Below the pieces are notes generated by a model, which searched no databases, was not told the DNA's origin, and worked only from the letters and a program-made list of their open reading frames with translations. A stretch of DNA of 64,000 nucleotides from Antedon mediterranea (lineage: Eukaryota > Animalia > Echinodermata), in NCBI RefSeq assembly GCF_964355755.1, contig NC_092671.1, forward strand, positions 26,300,070 through 26,364,069, read 5' to 3'. Made by a program: the position numbers and the translations under genes. This document shows positions 1-14,165 of this stretch, in pieces (the first letter of the stretch is position 1; every line of letters begins with the position of its first letter).

Positions 1-564
1 TGGACCTTTTTATAGATAAGACTATAATTCCATACTTAATTTGACAACGGGTAAAAACAATATACTGTCATCGTTATCTATTTAATTCGCTTTATAAATA
101 TGAGCAACAAAACCTCATAAAGACATAACGTTTACGAGCGCGTCCACACACGTATAGCATCAAAGTTTTAACGCGCGTTTCGACATCAGATATATTTAAT
201 AATTGTAATTTGGCCCATCTTATTTAATTAAAATACAGTCAGTTGATAAATGAATTGAAATACCGTCGCTTGATAAATCTATGTATAACAATTATTGCTT
301 AATTATATAATTCCTGCCCTTAACGGAAATAATAGCTTGCATGTTTTAAACATGTTTACACATTGTTGTATTATTTTTAATTTCTCTATAATCAGAACAA
401 GTTCGGTATTTGAGATCGGCCGTACTTACCGTACTTATCCTGGCCTTCTAACATAAATAGCACATTAAAGAGGAGCTCCACTATCTTAGCATTAAACGTG
501 ATCGGCATACTTTCACGGAATTCGCGTGCATTTTATTTTAACGAAATAGTATAAGAAAGGGTAA

Positions 565-691
565 TTTTAGTCGCATGCAACGCGACTCTACAGCTTACTA
601 TGTCGGTCGGTCGGTTGGTCGGTCGGTGGGTCGGTTGGTCGGTAAACACTAACTTGAGCACGCGACTGCAACCATGTGTATGGCCTTGTTT
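565..691 (+). mobile_element. Non-autonomous Helentron-derived element (HINE/DINE-1-like), copy 1
   Basis: 5' TTTTAGTCGC..GCGACT hairpin, internal (GGTC/GGTT)n microsatellite, 3' GCGACT plus ..GGCCTTGTT end, T-rich flanks; same family recurs at 12.7k, 30.8k and 61.8k. Confidence 0.75.
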
Positions 692-3277
692 CTTTTAATC
701 TCCGTTTCTTAATACAACATTATAGACACATTATTCATTCATATAGATTATATAACATATAGATATATGATATTTAATCAGAAAATGAATGTATAGGTCT
801 GCCACCTGTACCATTAATACAGTAACATTGAACCACGTTCGAAATACAATGTTAATTATTAATAGAGATAGTAAATTGATGACATTTGGTTTTAGTTTTG
901 GTATTGTGGAAAGATAATTTGGAATTAATTAGAATAATCATAAGGCTTGTCACTTAATATCAATTAAGACCATGTTACGTATTATTTAAATATAACACTT
1001 CTATAGGCAGTATAGTTACAGGCCTACTATTGATAATTATTTTAAATAATCGGTGGTGTTGCCATTTTGTAGTCATTTGCTTGAAATATGGAAAATTAAA
1101 AAAAACACTAAACGAAATTGAAAGATCTATCGAAAACCTTTGAATGTTCATTGTGTTGCAGAATTAAGCGTTTATGAAGAAAGAATTTAGCATGATGTAA
1201 CAAATCCACCTGTTAGCATTGAATAAAATAACAACGTTAATTTAAACATATCGAATCAGACAGACTCATGGGATATACCATACTTCGGATGAAAAGGAAA
1301 CAATTAATTATATATGTCTTAAAAATCTACTTAATATCATTAATAGTTGTATTACATGTATCGTTTCAAAAAAACAAATAGCTGGCTAATTAAATCATTT
1401 TATTTCAACCAAATAACCACTTTATGAAATAATATGTTATTGTCGTATACGGAACAAATCGTCTAATTTGAAACAAAAATACCTAATTTAATTGCAATGA
1501 CGAGTGTATACGGCCCACTCGTATTTGCATTAATGTTTGTAATTCGGCTTAAACAAGAATACAGTTACTTTGCATATTCAGGATTTTAGCATTGATTTCT
1601 TTTAATATGAACTGTATAAGCTGCGTCCCTCTGGGCATGTTTTTAAAAGTTTAGAATATTCTGAAGTATGCCGTGGTACTTATTTGTATTGAAAAAAAAA
1701 TGATAATACCGTTTTCATTATTTTGCACACGTACAGTTGGTCAGCCGCCTCTTTAAAAAGGAGATGTCACTTATTTCTATTAAGCTTAGCATACATGAGA
1801 TTATATTAAAGGAAAGTATTAATAATGGACCATATAGGACATTTTTTAACTATTACTTTCCAAAAAACTTGTATCATGTAAGCTACCGAACTGCTTTGTT
1901 CGTCACGTGTTTACAATGGCATCATTAGGCCTAAACATCAAAGTCTCAGTAAATAAATTACAGATGTCACCTGAAGTATTTTAATGAATTTTTTGATAAT
2001 AATGGTAATAATAAGAGTTGTGACGTACTTCTCTTTTTCGAGTAATTTTCAGTTCAATTGAATAACCTTAGACTAAAATAAATCTCAGAATTAAAGTTAT
2101 GTTAATGTTATCGTTTATATAGCCCTTTTAACAATCAGCAGATGTCCCATAGCGATATTATTTTAAAATTGGAGATAAAGATGAACCAGGAACTTTGATT
2201 GATTGGTTGATTTTTCTATAGTTTAGGATTATTCATTCATTCATTCAATCTTTTATTTCGGAATCTCTGATCCATAGAAAGTAAAAATTATACATATAGG
2301 CCTAAATGAAATAAATAAACAAAACTAATTAGGGCCTACTACTACTCATCTCAGGATGGCATTCCACCTGGAGAGCATCTTCGACTTAACTAAGACATTG
2401 CTTATAATGTTATACATTTTTTGTATTAAATAATTCAAAAACTAACAAATAAAGTAAAAGTAACTATTTCGTTGATTACGCGTGGTACGGTATCTTATTT
2501 TGATCTAACTAAGGATGATACTTAGTTATATTCAAAAGTAATAATATTATGTTGATATTTTGCAATTAATCTTGTGATAACCTTACAAAAAATTATAACA
2601 AATAGTTCAATGCAAAGTATATTCACTGTTCTTTGATTACATTTGATTGACTACTTTACTTCTTGTTGTAATTTTCAATTATCCTCCTTAATCCATCATA
2701 ACAATATTCTAAACCACAAGTTTGTCGGATGTCCCCTCTTGGGGGCATTTGAGGCAACCAACCGAAGCGAAGTGTTATCCAATTGAATGTATAATGTCAT
2801 TTAACTCGGCTTGTTAATCTCCACACATTTATTTCCACACTGTAAAATGATTTACAATGATGTGTATTGCATAGAGATCACAAGATGATCTAATTTAGTC
2901 TCGCTATTATTATAACATAGTATATAAATAGAGATGTCATGTGATTGATAATCTCTATGAAAAAGCATAGGTTATTAATAATTAATTAATCCGATTCATT
3001 TTTGTTCATAAGTTACGTGATTCATTCATTCTCACAAGTAAAAAAAATATGATAATGTATGTATGGAAATGAGAATATTAAAGGTAGATACCCATTAAAA
3101 AAAACACCACAATAACAATAATATAATTCCTTAGATAAAAAAAAAGGAGGCACCGTTACGTGATACAGCAACACAACATTATACAGTAATTATTTTTAAG
3201 GTTTATATCTTACATAAAGTCACTCGTGAATTTGCTTGTGATACTACACAAATTGTCTATTACAATAGGTGAATTAT

Positions 3278-3373
3278 TAGGACCACAATGGAAATAAGTT
3301 TGCCGTCTCGGTACTTTATTGTGTTTTTATCCTATGATTTTTATGTCAGAATAAAGAAATAAAAATAAATAAA
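3278..3373 (+). mobile_element. CR1/L2-type LINE 3' end remnant
   Basis: AGGACCACAATGGAAATAAG..TTGTG..ATCCT stem-loop, AATAAA and (AAAT)n tail; similar to the 3' end of the LINE at 49.7k. Confidence 0.5.
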
Positions 3374-6300
3374 TTGGCTAATATTTGAAGTTGGCCTACC
3401 CATGCCAAAATCAGCATTCTATTGCAATTAAAATTATAATTATTTCTTGATTAACTGTATTGTTCAATTTAATTTGCATCACTACTGACAGTAAAGCACT
3501 GGGGAAACAGACTGCGATCAGTGATAAAAAAAAAAAAGGGACATGTATAACAATGGTGAATCGAATCATATTAACATATATGCCGAAATGTTAGCGTTTT
3601 TTATACCCAGAAGATATGGCTCATTACATAAAGGGCACGACCTGGTAATGCTATGGATAACCGTCTATGAACCTAATTGGCTTCACTGCAAACCGGTATC
3701 GCAGGACAATATTGAACTAATAACTTAATCAATCAACCTTTATTACATGTAAGGACATCTACTTCAAGCTATGAAGTACTTACTAATGTGTCATTATCTT
3801 AATAAGGTAACTTAATCTCTGATCATCGCCTAGGCGAAACACTTGTCGACCTATATACTGTTAATCCTACTGATACAATTAAACACAATTAAGTCATACG
3901 CAGTTCGAGTGTTATTTCCGAATAAACATTTTATACAATTATATACACTGTAATGTATTGAAGAAAGCACTAACAACCAACCTTTAACAAATCAATGACT
4001 ATGAGTTGGATATTTCTATGAGTTGAATATTCAGACAAATCATTTTTGGGTGGGTTTCCTGTCACGCAAAATTTAGGTTATTATTTACAAAAAAACTTTA
4101 AAAATAACGCACGGCACGTGATACGAAATAAACCAATCAAATGATAAGGATAAACTTAGACACGTTTGATACACGGAGTTCAGGATAAATTTAAGTTTTC
4201 ACGTTGGGGAATTATGCGACGTGGGGCGAATTTTTCCACAAAGGAGATTCTCCATAATGGTTAGAAGGAGCAGTTATTATTATTGATATTACTGTAATTT
4301 AAAATTTATATATTCGTAAAATAATTTGCCATTATTGAATTTACAAATATATTTCATTTAAAGTGTGTTTTGGGGGTGTTGACCTTGGCTAAAGATAAAA
4401 ATAAAATTTATAAAAAAAAAATCTTTTGCGTGTCTCAGAAGTAAAATTTGTATTGAACTTTGTTTTCTAATTTCGGGGTGAACCTTTTTGAATTTCAAGG
4501 GCACTTATTGAAATTTTCCATCTACATATCAATACGCCTCTGCCTAAACAAAATACAACTTGTCAAATATTCATATAATTGAACATAGATTAATTACAAC
4601 AACACCTGTTGGAGAGATCCAAGGCTTAACAAACGGTAAAGCAACTCATTTATCATCGATAATAACTGGATTTTTGATTTCATATTCGATGATTGCTATA
4701 TAACCGCCGCATGGATGGGTTTAACTTGGTTCAATGAAGTATACTGTGATCGATAAAATGACGAGTATGATATCTTTTCACTCATCTTTCATTTTAAAAC
4801 TAATAATCGCACAACGCGATTTATTACAACATAATCAATCATGTATAATTTAAATATGCTGTATTAGAAAAATGATTAACCTTACGGTTAGAGATCATAT
4901 TATAATCAATTTTATTTTTGTTTGTGTATAAAATTGCCCACGGTTCATTCGCACCATTTCTCTCCGGGTTGGTAAGAAATAATTATCATGTTTTGAATTA
5001 TGAGTAAATACGCTGCTTTTAAAGCATTTCATTTTCATTTAATTTATTTCGTCTTTTTATAAATAATTTTAAAAAACCAACAGGTGACAAGGTACAGAGC
5101 ACTTTAGAGGGTAGACGGGATTGTCAAAAAGTGAAACAAAGCACTATCAAGTGACTCTCCGACCCCCTAAAGTGTAAAGATGAAATAAACTTAAATACAG
5201 AAAAAGTAACACAAATATATACTGTACAACAGTATAAAATAACATTTCATTGAGTTTAGACAGGTATTTGAAGCAGGTTTTTATAGTTAAGGGTTCTGAA
5301 TGATGTTGTAACTATTTTTTTTTTCTGTGTCATTATGCAAAACCTGTCAATATTATTCGTTTTATGAACGTCAATACATCTTGAAAACGGAAAAAGGTGA
5401 TTGGAACTGTTCTGATACCATACAATTCTCATTGAAAACATCATTATACCTTCTCTCAACTGATATTAACATCTATTGTGTCACAAACACAATAGATAGC
5501 CTACAATGAATGCATTCGAATTAATGTACTGCAGGGTTACTAAACTAGGTAACGGTGATTTCCTAGGTTCTAGAAATACATCTTGAAGTAGTGAATTATC
5601 ACTAGCATTATTGTTCTGTTCAGTACGTTATAGAAACTATTGGTTGTCATTATCCGTAATGGGACCATAAGTTTGATAAACATAGCAATAAGCCTTATCA
5701 AAAGTTAAAATAATTATAGATATTGTATTACATTTTTGTTAATTTTCCATTACATAATAATAATAATATGTCCATTACCCCATGTGTTTGGATATACAGC
5801 AGATATTTGTATAACGGACAACCGTACATACACTCTTATAACATAAATACATTCTAAATTACTTAGCGCCTTTGAAGTGTTATTGGAGAAAACCCCAGCA
5901 AATTTGTAATGCATTTTTGATATTGTGAGTGTGATGTAAGGTGATTTTTTAAAAGCGCCCGATAAATGAAGTAAATATAATGTTAGTTAAGATGACAATT
6001 TGTTTTGTTATTGCGCATATCTCCGAGGGGAAAAAACACAAAAACAAAACACGTTTGGCAGTAACATTATCATCTGAATTAAGAGCAATCGATATGGTTA
6101 GATTTGCAATTCTATAAATTGTTAAAAGCAATATCATATCACTTGTCTGTATGATATTATCTTGTTTATTCAATCAAGAACATTATCATTAAGCTATAAA
6201 AATCCACTATGTTGCTATAGGCAAACCACACTTTGACAGATTGTGTTGTTTGCTAGATTATGAAAGATAATATAAAACGAATACTTCGCTAATGCATAGT

Positions 6301-9300
6301 TACGGTAATTGGTTTGCCTTAATGTGTGACTTGTGTGCACCACTCTGGAGCAACCAATCTGGGGTACATCTGGGTTGTAAAGGTATACATATATAAATAC
6401 GGCATTGTGACGCTAGGATTTGTCCAAATCGAATGTATTTCCATATAAAAAACCATAATTGTGGAAACTTTTGTCGGAAAGTATAAAATGTGTTATTTAA
6501 AGTATGGTATGTGTTGTTTTTTTTCTCGGTATTATGAAAAAAAAAATTGGGTTAGTAACACAATAATATTTTGAGAACGGAAAAGGCATGTTTGACCACC
6601 CTCTGTAAATAAACTTAAGAACACTTTGTTTCCCTTCCTCTCCGACCCAATATTTAGACCCAACAGGGTGATAAAGGGCTATTCTTGTGATTTTTACTTA
6701 GCATTGAAAACTTATTTCTACTAGAGGGTGAGCTCGCTTCGCTCGCTCCCCCTCTAGGAAGTGTAGACGATGGTTCTCGGAATGATAATGACTCGGGACG
6801 CAAAAAGTTTTAGAAGGACATTCTGGCCTGGACAATTTCTGTCGGTTACCATTATTTAAATGCTTTTGATATTTTTAAAACTAAACTTACTCACTAACCT
6901 AAGTGTTTTAGATGATTAATAGCGTTTTAGGTGTATAGTGTTTATTGTAGATATGAAAAGTAGTAAAAAAGAATATCAAATGCTTGGTAAATTGTAAAAC
7001 AGTCCGAAGAAATCTACTAAATAGTGTATAATTGTGTTATAAATATAATGCAATATTGTGTGTATAAATATGGATGGGCGTTTATTAGATGTATTTGGGG
7101 TGGGGGGAGGGGGTTGAGTAGCGAGATAATTAGTTTAATTGATGTTTTATTGGGGAGGTGTTCCGGGCGTTTATTCAAATAAATACCATCCTAATTGGTA
7201 TAATTAATACATTATTCCGCAACACAGTGGCCTAAGAAGGAAGACATTTAGACGGCTTGCAACATGGGCAGAAGTCCTGACGGGACACAGATAGCGCACA
7301 GTATACATAAAGTCCTGGCAGCTTACTCAACAACTCGGCTATCGGGGTTTCATTCGATTTCAAAACAAAAGCTCTTATCATCAATTCTCTCGATGTAATG
7401 TAATTAATTTTATATAATTATTTCCCACAATTTACTCCTATGTTTCATGAATGTATTTAATTTGATCTTTATGTACTACTATATCTTCACACGCGGTCCG
7501 AAAATAAACAAAAAAACAAAATGGCTATCACCACCAAGCACTAACGGCCAACTTAGTTGAAACAGGTAGTTGTTTTAAAACTCCCTGGTTGAAACCAACA
7601 CCTTTCGTGAACCCGGAAATTACTTCTACCGCGCGTAGAGTTAAAATTTACCGATTGAAATCAGAAAATTTCTTATAAAACCCTTTATAATGTCTTCCTA
7701 AGATAGAAATATGGAACAATAGCGTCGATGTGAAAACTAATGTTATCAAATCTACGTTTCGCGGTACATCTGAGATAGATAAGGTAGGTATCCAAGGCGG
7801 AGATTAGTACCGAAGTTTTTGCATTGTGCTCGCCTATGTCAGAATTAACCATAATTTATATATATAGATAGATATATCTTGATCATTACGTTCTATGTGC
7901 AGCTTACACGGGTGAAATGTTCATTTCATAATTCATCTATTTTAAGCCAGAACTTATGTTGTATACCGGTATGTTTTAAGTTCGTTAACGTAATCGATGC
8001 TCATTGAGTAGCAAAAACGGTTATTGTTCAATTTCTCTGTGATTCCTGGTAGTAGGAGAAGACCAAAATGCTTAATAATATCGCTTCACGCGAAAATCTC
8101 CATAAAACTATACTATTTCCTAACTATTTTCTAATTTTAGTCCCTGCCTTTTATATTTTATTACACTTTAAAATCAAAAAGACACCTGTGTATAAGATAA
8201 TACTAATTTGAAAACAAGATTACACCTTTGAGGGCTTGACGACAAATACATTTTTGCCAGTGGGCCTAAAATGTTGAGTATAATATTCTGTTCTTTATAT
8301 ATTGTTAATCTGCGGAATATTGTTTGTGCTGACTCAATTCTCCTGAGGCTGTGTGAGTGTGTAACAGAGTGGATTATTGACGAGAGATCCATGATCCTAA
8401 GTAAGGGGGCACAGGCGCGGAAATTTAATTACACTTACTGTCATGTGATGTGTGATAGAATCTACTTTGCACATTTTCCCGTCAAACGTCACAATTTTAA
8501 ACATGTTTGATTTTTAGGCCCATGTGTAATCCCCTTCACGCATAGCGTCGGTCCGGGACTGTATGTGTACCATAACGTTCACCAAGTCATTGTTTGGTTT
8601 ACTGTTAGTTTACATAGCAGGGCCAAGTCTTTTGTAATTAGGTTTATGTCAATCATGCAGTAAAATATGTACTTATCGCTAAACGTATGCCTTATGATTG
8701 TTACACACACACACTTAAAGATAATCAAAATGTATACACATTGAGTGCCATAGTGAACCCATTGAGTTTGTTCACCGTGATATAATAATGGTTTAAATTA
8801 TTATACTGATTAGTGTAATTTACCATTATCAATATTACATTATTGATAACCATCATGTTTATATTATTCTATAGTTAAAAGTCGCTATCCTATCGAATTT
8901 GAACTCTACCATGAAATAACAACATAGAGTCAGAATCTAATGGCCAGATGTCTAGATATCAAGTAGATGATTCCCTTTACTGCGTGTTAATGCTGAAATT
9001 ATTTCTAGAAATATTGTATTTGATGTTAATTGTTATCGTAATTCACCCCTTTTTCACTGTTTGCTTTGTCACAGTGAAGCAAAATCAGGTAGAGGTGAAA
9101 TATTTAGAACAAAATAATTGTACCGAAACTGCTATATTACATTAACTATATGGACCAATCGATGGTGTCCAATCCCAAGAGTTCTATAGAAATATCAATG
9201 GCTATTTAACAGGTGTTGGACTTACGTAATTGGTTGTTGTACTATATATCTTTAAAATATATAAGTAAGACTAATTATGTTATTGTATACTAGTCGCTTC

Positions 9301-9469
9301 CGCTGCCTTAAGTTATATTCAAAAACATTATTTCCTAGCCTACTTAAAGAAAATTGAAGTCGAATTATCATCAACCATACAACAAGCGAATCATCTGTTC
9401 GTGCTAATCAAACATGTCTGATTGGTTGTGCAGTTTTTCGCATCGCAAAAGAATGTTGGCAATGTAGTG

Positions 9470-9780
9470 ATTGTGGTTGTGGTGGTGGTGGTGGTGGTTG
9501 TGGTGGTTGTGGTGGTTGTGGTTGTGGTTGTGGTTGTGGTGGTGGTGGTTGTGGTGGTTGTAGTGGTGGTGGTTGTGGTGGTGGTTGTGGTGGTGGTGGT
9601 GGTGGTGGTGGTTGTGGTGGTTGTGGTGGTGGTGGTTGTGGTTGTGGTTGTGGTGGTGGTGATTGTGGTGGTTGTGGTGGTGGTGGTTGTTGTTGTGATG
9701 TTGTTGGTTGTGGCGTCGGTAGTGGTGGTGGTTGTTGTTTGTGTTGGTGGTGATGTTATTGATAGTGGTGATGATGGTAA
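9470..9780. repeat. (GTG/GTT)n trinucleotide microsatellite
   Basis: Direct inspection; accounts for the poly-T and poly-V ORFs. Confidence 0.95.
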
Positions 9781-12109
9781 GAAGTTAGGATCATGTGTAG
9801 AAAGGTCTATAGGCCTAAATACAAATTTATTTTTAGTTATTGTGTTACACCTAGGCCTAAATAGGTAATTATTCTTGATCGGAGCCTCTGTTGTCTGTTT
9901 TAAATTATTTTGTCTACTATCAGTAATTGCTTTTAAATATCTGCCTTGGCACATAACTTTGCAGCAATAGTGCAGATAATTGTCGAAGTTTTTTGCAAAT
10001 GGAGTTTTTTTGTGCTATGTTAAGTACTATAATTAGCATTTTCTTGATTATAATTATTCTAGAATTAAGCCATAAATAATTATTATGAACTTCATTCATC
10101 GTATTATACCTAAATTGTAATGTCTTGGTCAGCTTTTTGCTAGACTCACTGAAACAGTGTTCATAGAACAAAATTGACAAGCTGACATAACACAGAACTG
10201 AAATTTCACAAATTATCGGTACATTAAAAATCTATATTCCACGATTTGTTTCTTTAAAAGCGTTTAACAGTGCTTTGACAATTTTTATCACAGAAGCTAT
10301 TAAAAATGGCATATTTTAGAATTCGTTGGCCTGAAATGTCGATAAATGTGTTTTTCCAGGAAATAATGTGACATTCATTATTGTAGTTAATTCTTACCAC
10401 GTAATTTTTCCCCATTTTATTTTTGCCCGCGAGTTAAGATAAGTCAGTATAATTACTTGTAAACGTCTATTAATTATACACTTAATATTGCGAAACTTGT
10501 TTATTAGTAAGCTTTGAAGTAATGATTTAATGCTAATACATAATAGGACGACTTTTATACAAGCTTTTATGTGGGCTAACGAAATATCCCATATACAAAT
10601 CATATACTAAAAGTAAAGTTATAGGCCTAATTGACACTGTATTGCCTAGCTTAGATTTGCGACATTTCGGGGCGATGGATGACTGAGACAGACGATTAAT
10701 GTATGTACGCATTCTTACGTCCTTACGTTGCCTCCAAGTTTGAACCAAGCATTACAATTCTACAGGACGCACAACGTACGTTTATTTGTTTCTGATATTA
10801 CTTGGACTCCTGCAAGAGGGCGCAAATCGCGAGAGGACATGAAACATGTAAGGTGCGAATTCTACTACGAACAATCGAATTTACGTTTCACAGAATATCT
10901 GAGACAGCTTTAGTATAGATGTGTTGCATTGTGTCCGCCTCCTCTCTCTTTTAGTTGTTCTTTGTACTTACACAAGATGTTTCTAGGCTACATTATATCA
11001 ATATTTATTTCAAAATATTAGTATGTATTCACTTACACAATTGTTTAGCTTCACTATCTATCTATCGAGTGTTTGTTGTTTGACTTGATGTGATCTGTAC
11101 CCCAGGCCAATAATCTTACCGTCAAATCTCTCTGCCGTAATATCCGCTGTTGTGAATGTTCAGTATATTATTCTTTTGAAGAAAACAATCTTCGATGATG
11201 GATGACTTTCTAGCATATAGATCATTATTTTCATAAAGTTTATTGTATTATTTTGTATCCCCAATCTTTGTAGATTAACAAGTCGTCATCATCATGAGTA
11301 ATTTACTAGCACATACACTAACATAATTAAGAAATCACTTTAAAGTCTTAATTAAAAAAATTAATAATTAAATGGGCAAAAACGATATTTTTGTATTGTA
11401 ATTGCAAGCGAAATAGGCATGGGCGACCTTCGTGGGATTTAAAACCTCAAGGGTGCAAATTATCTGGTCAAATTGAATCAATAATAAAGAAATAATTTGT
11501 CAGTTGATGACAAATGGTGGGTGTATATTTCCTCCGATATCACGCGTGTAATGTTAAAGATACATTTATGGTGATCTTTTCCTTGAGCTCTCCCGGATGT
11601 TTATGCTCTCTTCCTAAATAATGAAATGTATAATACTAAGCTGTACGGATATCTTTCACCTGTATGGTATTAGTGATCAATATGAATGAGACATGGCTAA
11701 TATCATGTGTGAGGATATCTAGTTAAATGTAACACTAACAATATAACGCGCTTAAAAAGATTGAATATTACAATCTATCTGTGTTTTGTTGAACGAAAAT
11801 ATTAGGCATACATAGAATGTTGTATTCGTATTTTAAAAGAATTAGAATTGTAATGATGGTGGATGATTGTTTTAAATGATAGAGGTGGTCAGATGGGTGA
11901 ATAGAGGGATTGAAATAGACCAATGAATCAATGAGAATGAGCAAAAGAACAAATTTAATGAACACAAAGATTTATTTAATTAAATGAAGGAATTGTTACT
12001 CGATGGATGGACGAAGGACGATTAAAATGAAGGAAAGAATATATTGACAGAATGAATGGTTACCCGATTAACTGATGGGATAATGAAATATTAAAATATT
12101 AGAATGAAT

Positions 12110-14165
12110 GCATTGAATGAAGACTAGATGAAGGAACGAGTGAATCGAATAATTGAATTGTGCCTGATAAATTGAGGGGACAAATGAAAGACTAACTGAA
12201 AGAACAAGTGAAACGAATGAAAGACTAAATGAAGGAACGAGTGCATTAATTGATTAAATTTGTGTCTGATAGATTAAGGGGACAGCTGAAATACTAACTG
12301 AAGGAACGAGTAAATCGAATGATTGAATTGTGCCTGATAGATTGAAGGGACGAATAAAAGACTAAATTAAAAAACGAGTAAATGTAATGATTGAGTTAGT
12401 GTCTGATAGATTGATGGTGACGAATGAAAGACTAACTGAAAGAACGAGTGAATCGAATGATTGAATTGTGCCTGAAAGATTGAGGGGACAAATGAAAGAC
12501 TAAATGAAGGAACGAGTGCATTAAATGATTGAATTAGTTTCTGATAGATTGAGGGGACAAATGAAAGACTAAATGAAGGAACGAGTGCATTAAATGATTG
12601 AATTAGTGTTTGATATATTGAGGGGACAACTGAAATACTAACTGAAGGAACGAGTAAATCGAATGATTGAATTGTGCCTGATAGATTGAGGTGACAAATG
12701 AAAGACTAAATTAAACAAGGCCATATAGATGGCTGCAGTCGCGTGCTCATTAGTGTTTACCGACCGACCGACCAACCTACCAACTGACCGAAATTACTGA
12801 ACATGTTTAAAAATGTTGAAATGTTTAAAAACATTTATATTTTTTTAATTTACACGTGCGTAGCCTGTCACTTTTGACGTGTTCGTATAACGTAATTTCG
12901 AGTTGAAAAGTAAGTCAAGAAAACAGAAATCGGGCAAAAAGAGTGCGCAATAACATTTAACGCATAGTGCGCGCGCAAAAATCTGCGCACTCATGGCAAT
13001 TTTGTAAACGCTTAAAATTTCCTGAAACGTACTCTTATTTCATCGAAAATAAATTTTGAAAATTTTAAGCGCGCGTACGCATGCGTTACATGCGCTACGC
13101 ACGTAATTGTATTGCCATATGATGATTTATGCCCTGAAATTTATGAGTACTAAATTTTATTTAATTGTGATGGTTGTGAAGAAATGATTACAAACGTGAT
13201 TTCGGTAAATCGTGCGTAGACCGCGTAATTTTTTATTGCGCACCGTGAAAACATAACCACATCGATTCCTGGCCATAAGGAATATACTGTGAAAAATTGA
13301 CTTAGCTAGATTAAACTGATATCAAGATAAGGTAAGAAAGCGATAAAACGCATAGTGATACCGGACCGACAGACAGACCGACAGACATACAGACAGACAG
13401 ACCGACCGACATAGTGAACTATAGAGTCACGTCCACGCGACTAGATTAAACTGATATCAAGATAAGGTCAGAAAGCGATAAAACGCATAGTGATACTTGA
13501 CCGACAGACAGACCGACAGACAGACAGACTGAATGATTGAGGGGACGAATGAAAAACTAACTGAAAGAACGAGTGAATCGAATGATTGAATTGTGCCTGA
13601 TAGATTGAGGGGACAAATGAAAGACTAAATTAAAAAACGTTAGTGTGATAGATTGATGGTGACAACTGACGGAACAAAATAATTGAATTATTGAATTACT
13701 GTCTTGCTAGATTAGTGGTGACGAATGAAAGACCAACTAAATGAACGAGTGAATCGAATGATTGAATTGTGCCTGATAGATTGATGATAACGAATGAAAG
13801 ACTAAATGAAGGAACGAGTGAATCGAATGATTGAATTGTTTCTGATAGATTGATGATAACGAATGAAAGACTAACTGAATGAACGAGCATGCATTGAATG
13901 ATGGAGGTATTGTCTGAGAGATTAAGGAGACGAATGGAAGACTAAATGAAGGATTGATGATGACGAATGAAAGACAAGAAACGAGTGAATTGAATGGTTG
14001 AATTAGTTTCTGATAAATTGATGGTGACAAATGAAAGATTAAGTGAATGAAGAACGAGTTGATTGAATTGTTGAATTAGTTTCTGATTGATGGTGACAAA
14101 TGAAAGACTAAATGAAGAAACGAGTGAATTGAATGATTGCATTATTGTCTGATAGATTGGTGGGG
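12110..14165. repeat. ~60-bp minisatellite array interrupted by a HINE
   Basis: Repeated unit GAATGAAAGACTAAATGAAGGAACGAGTGAATCGAATGATTGAATTGTGCCTGATAGATTGAGGGGAC. Confidence 0.9.
12714..13530 (-). mobile_element. Long HINE/DINE-like element (copy 2) with partial terminal duplication
   Basis: AACAAGGCCATATAGATGGCTGCAGTCGC at one end, (GACA/GACC)n plus CATAGTGAACTATAGAGTC..GCGACTAG at the other (~13444); ~13307-13400 is repeated at 13441-13530. Confidence 0.75.

Noticed and set aside
9391-9954. Poly-Thr mucin-like ORF and antisense poly-Val ORF
   Set aside because: Produced by a (GTG/GTT)n microsatellite; flanks look non-coding and I see no convincing splice context
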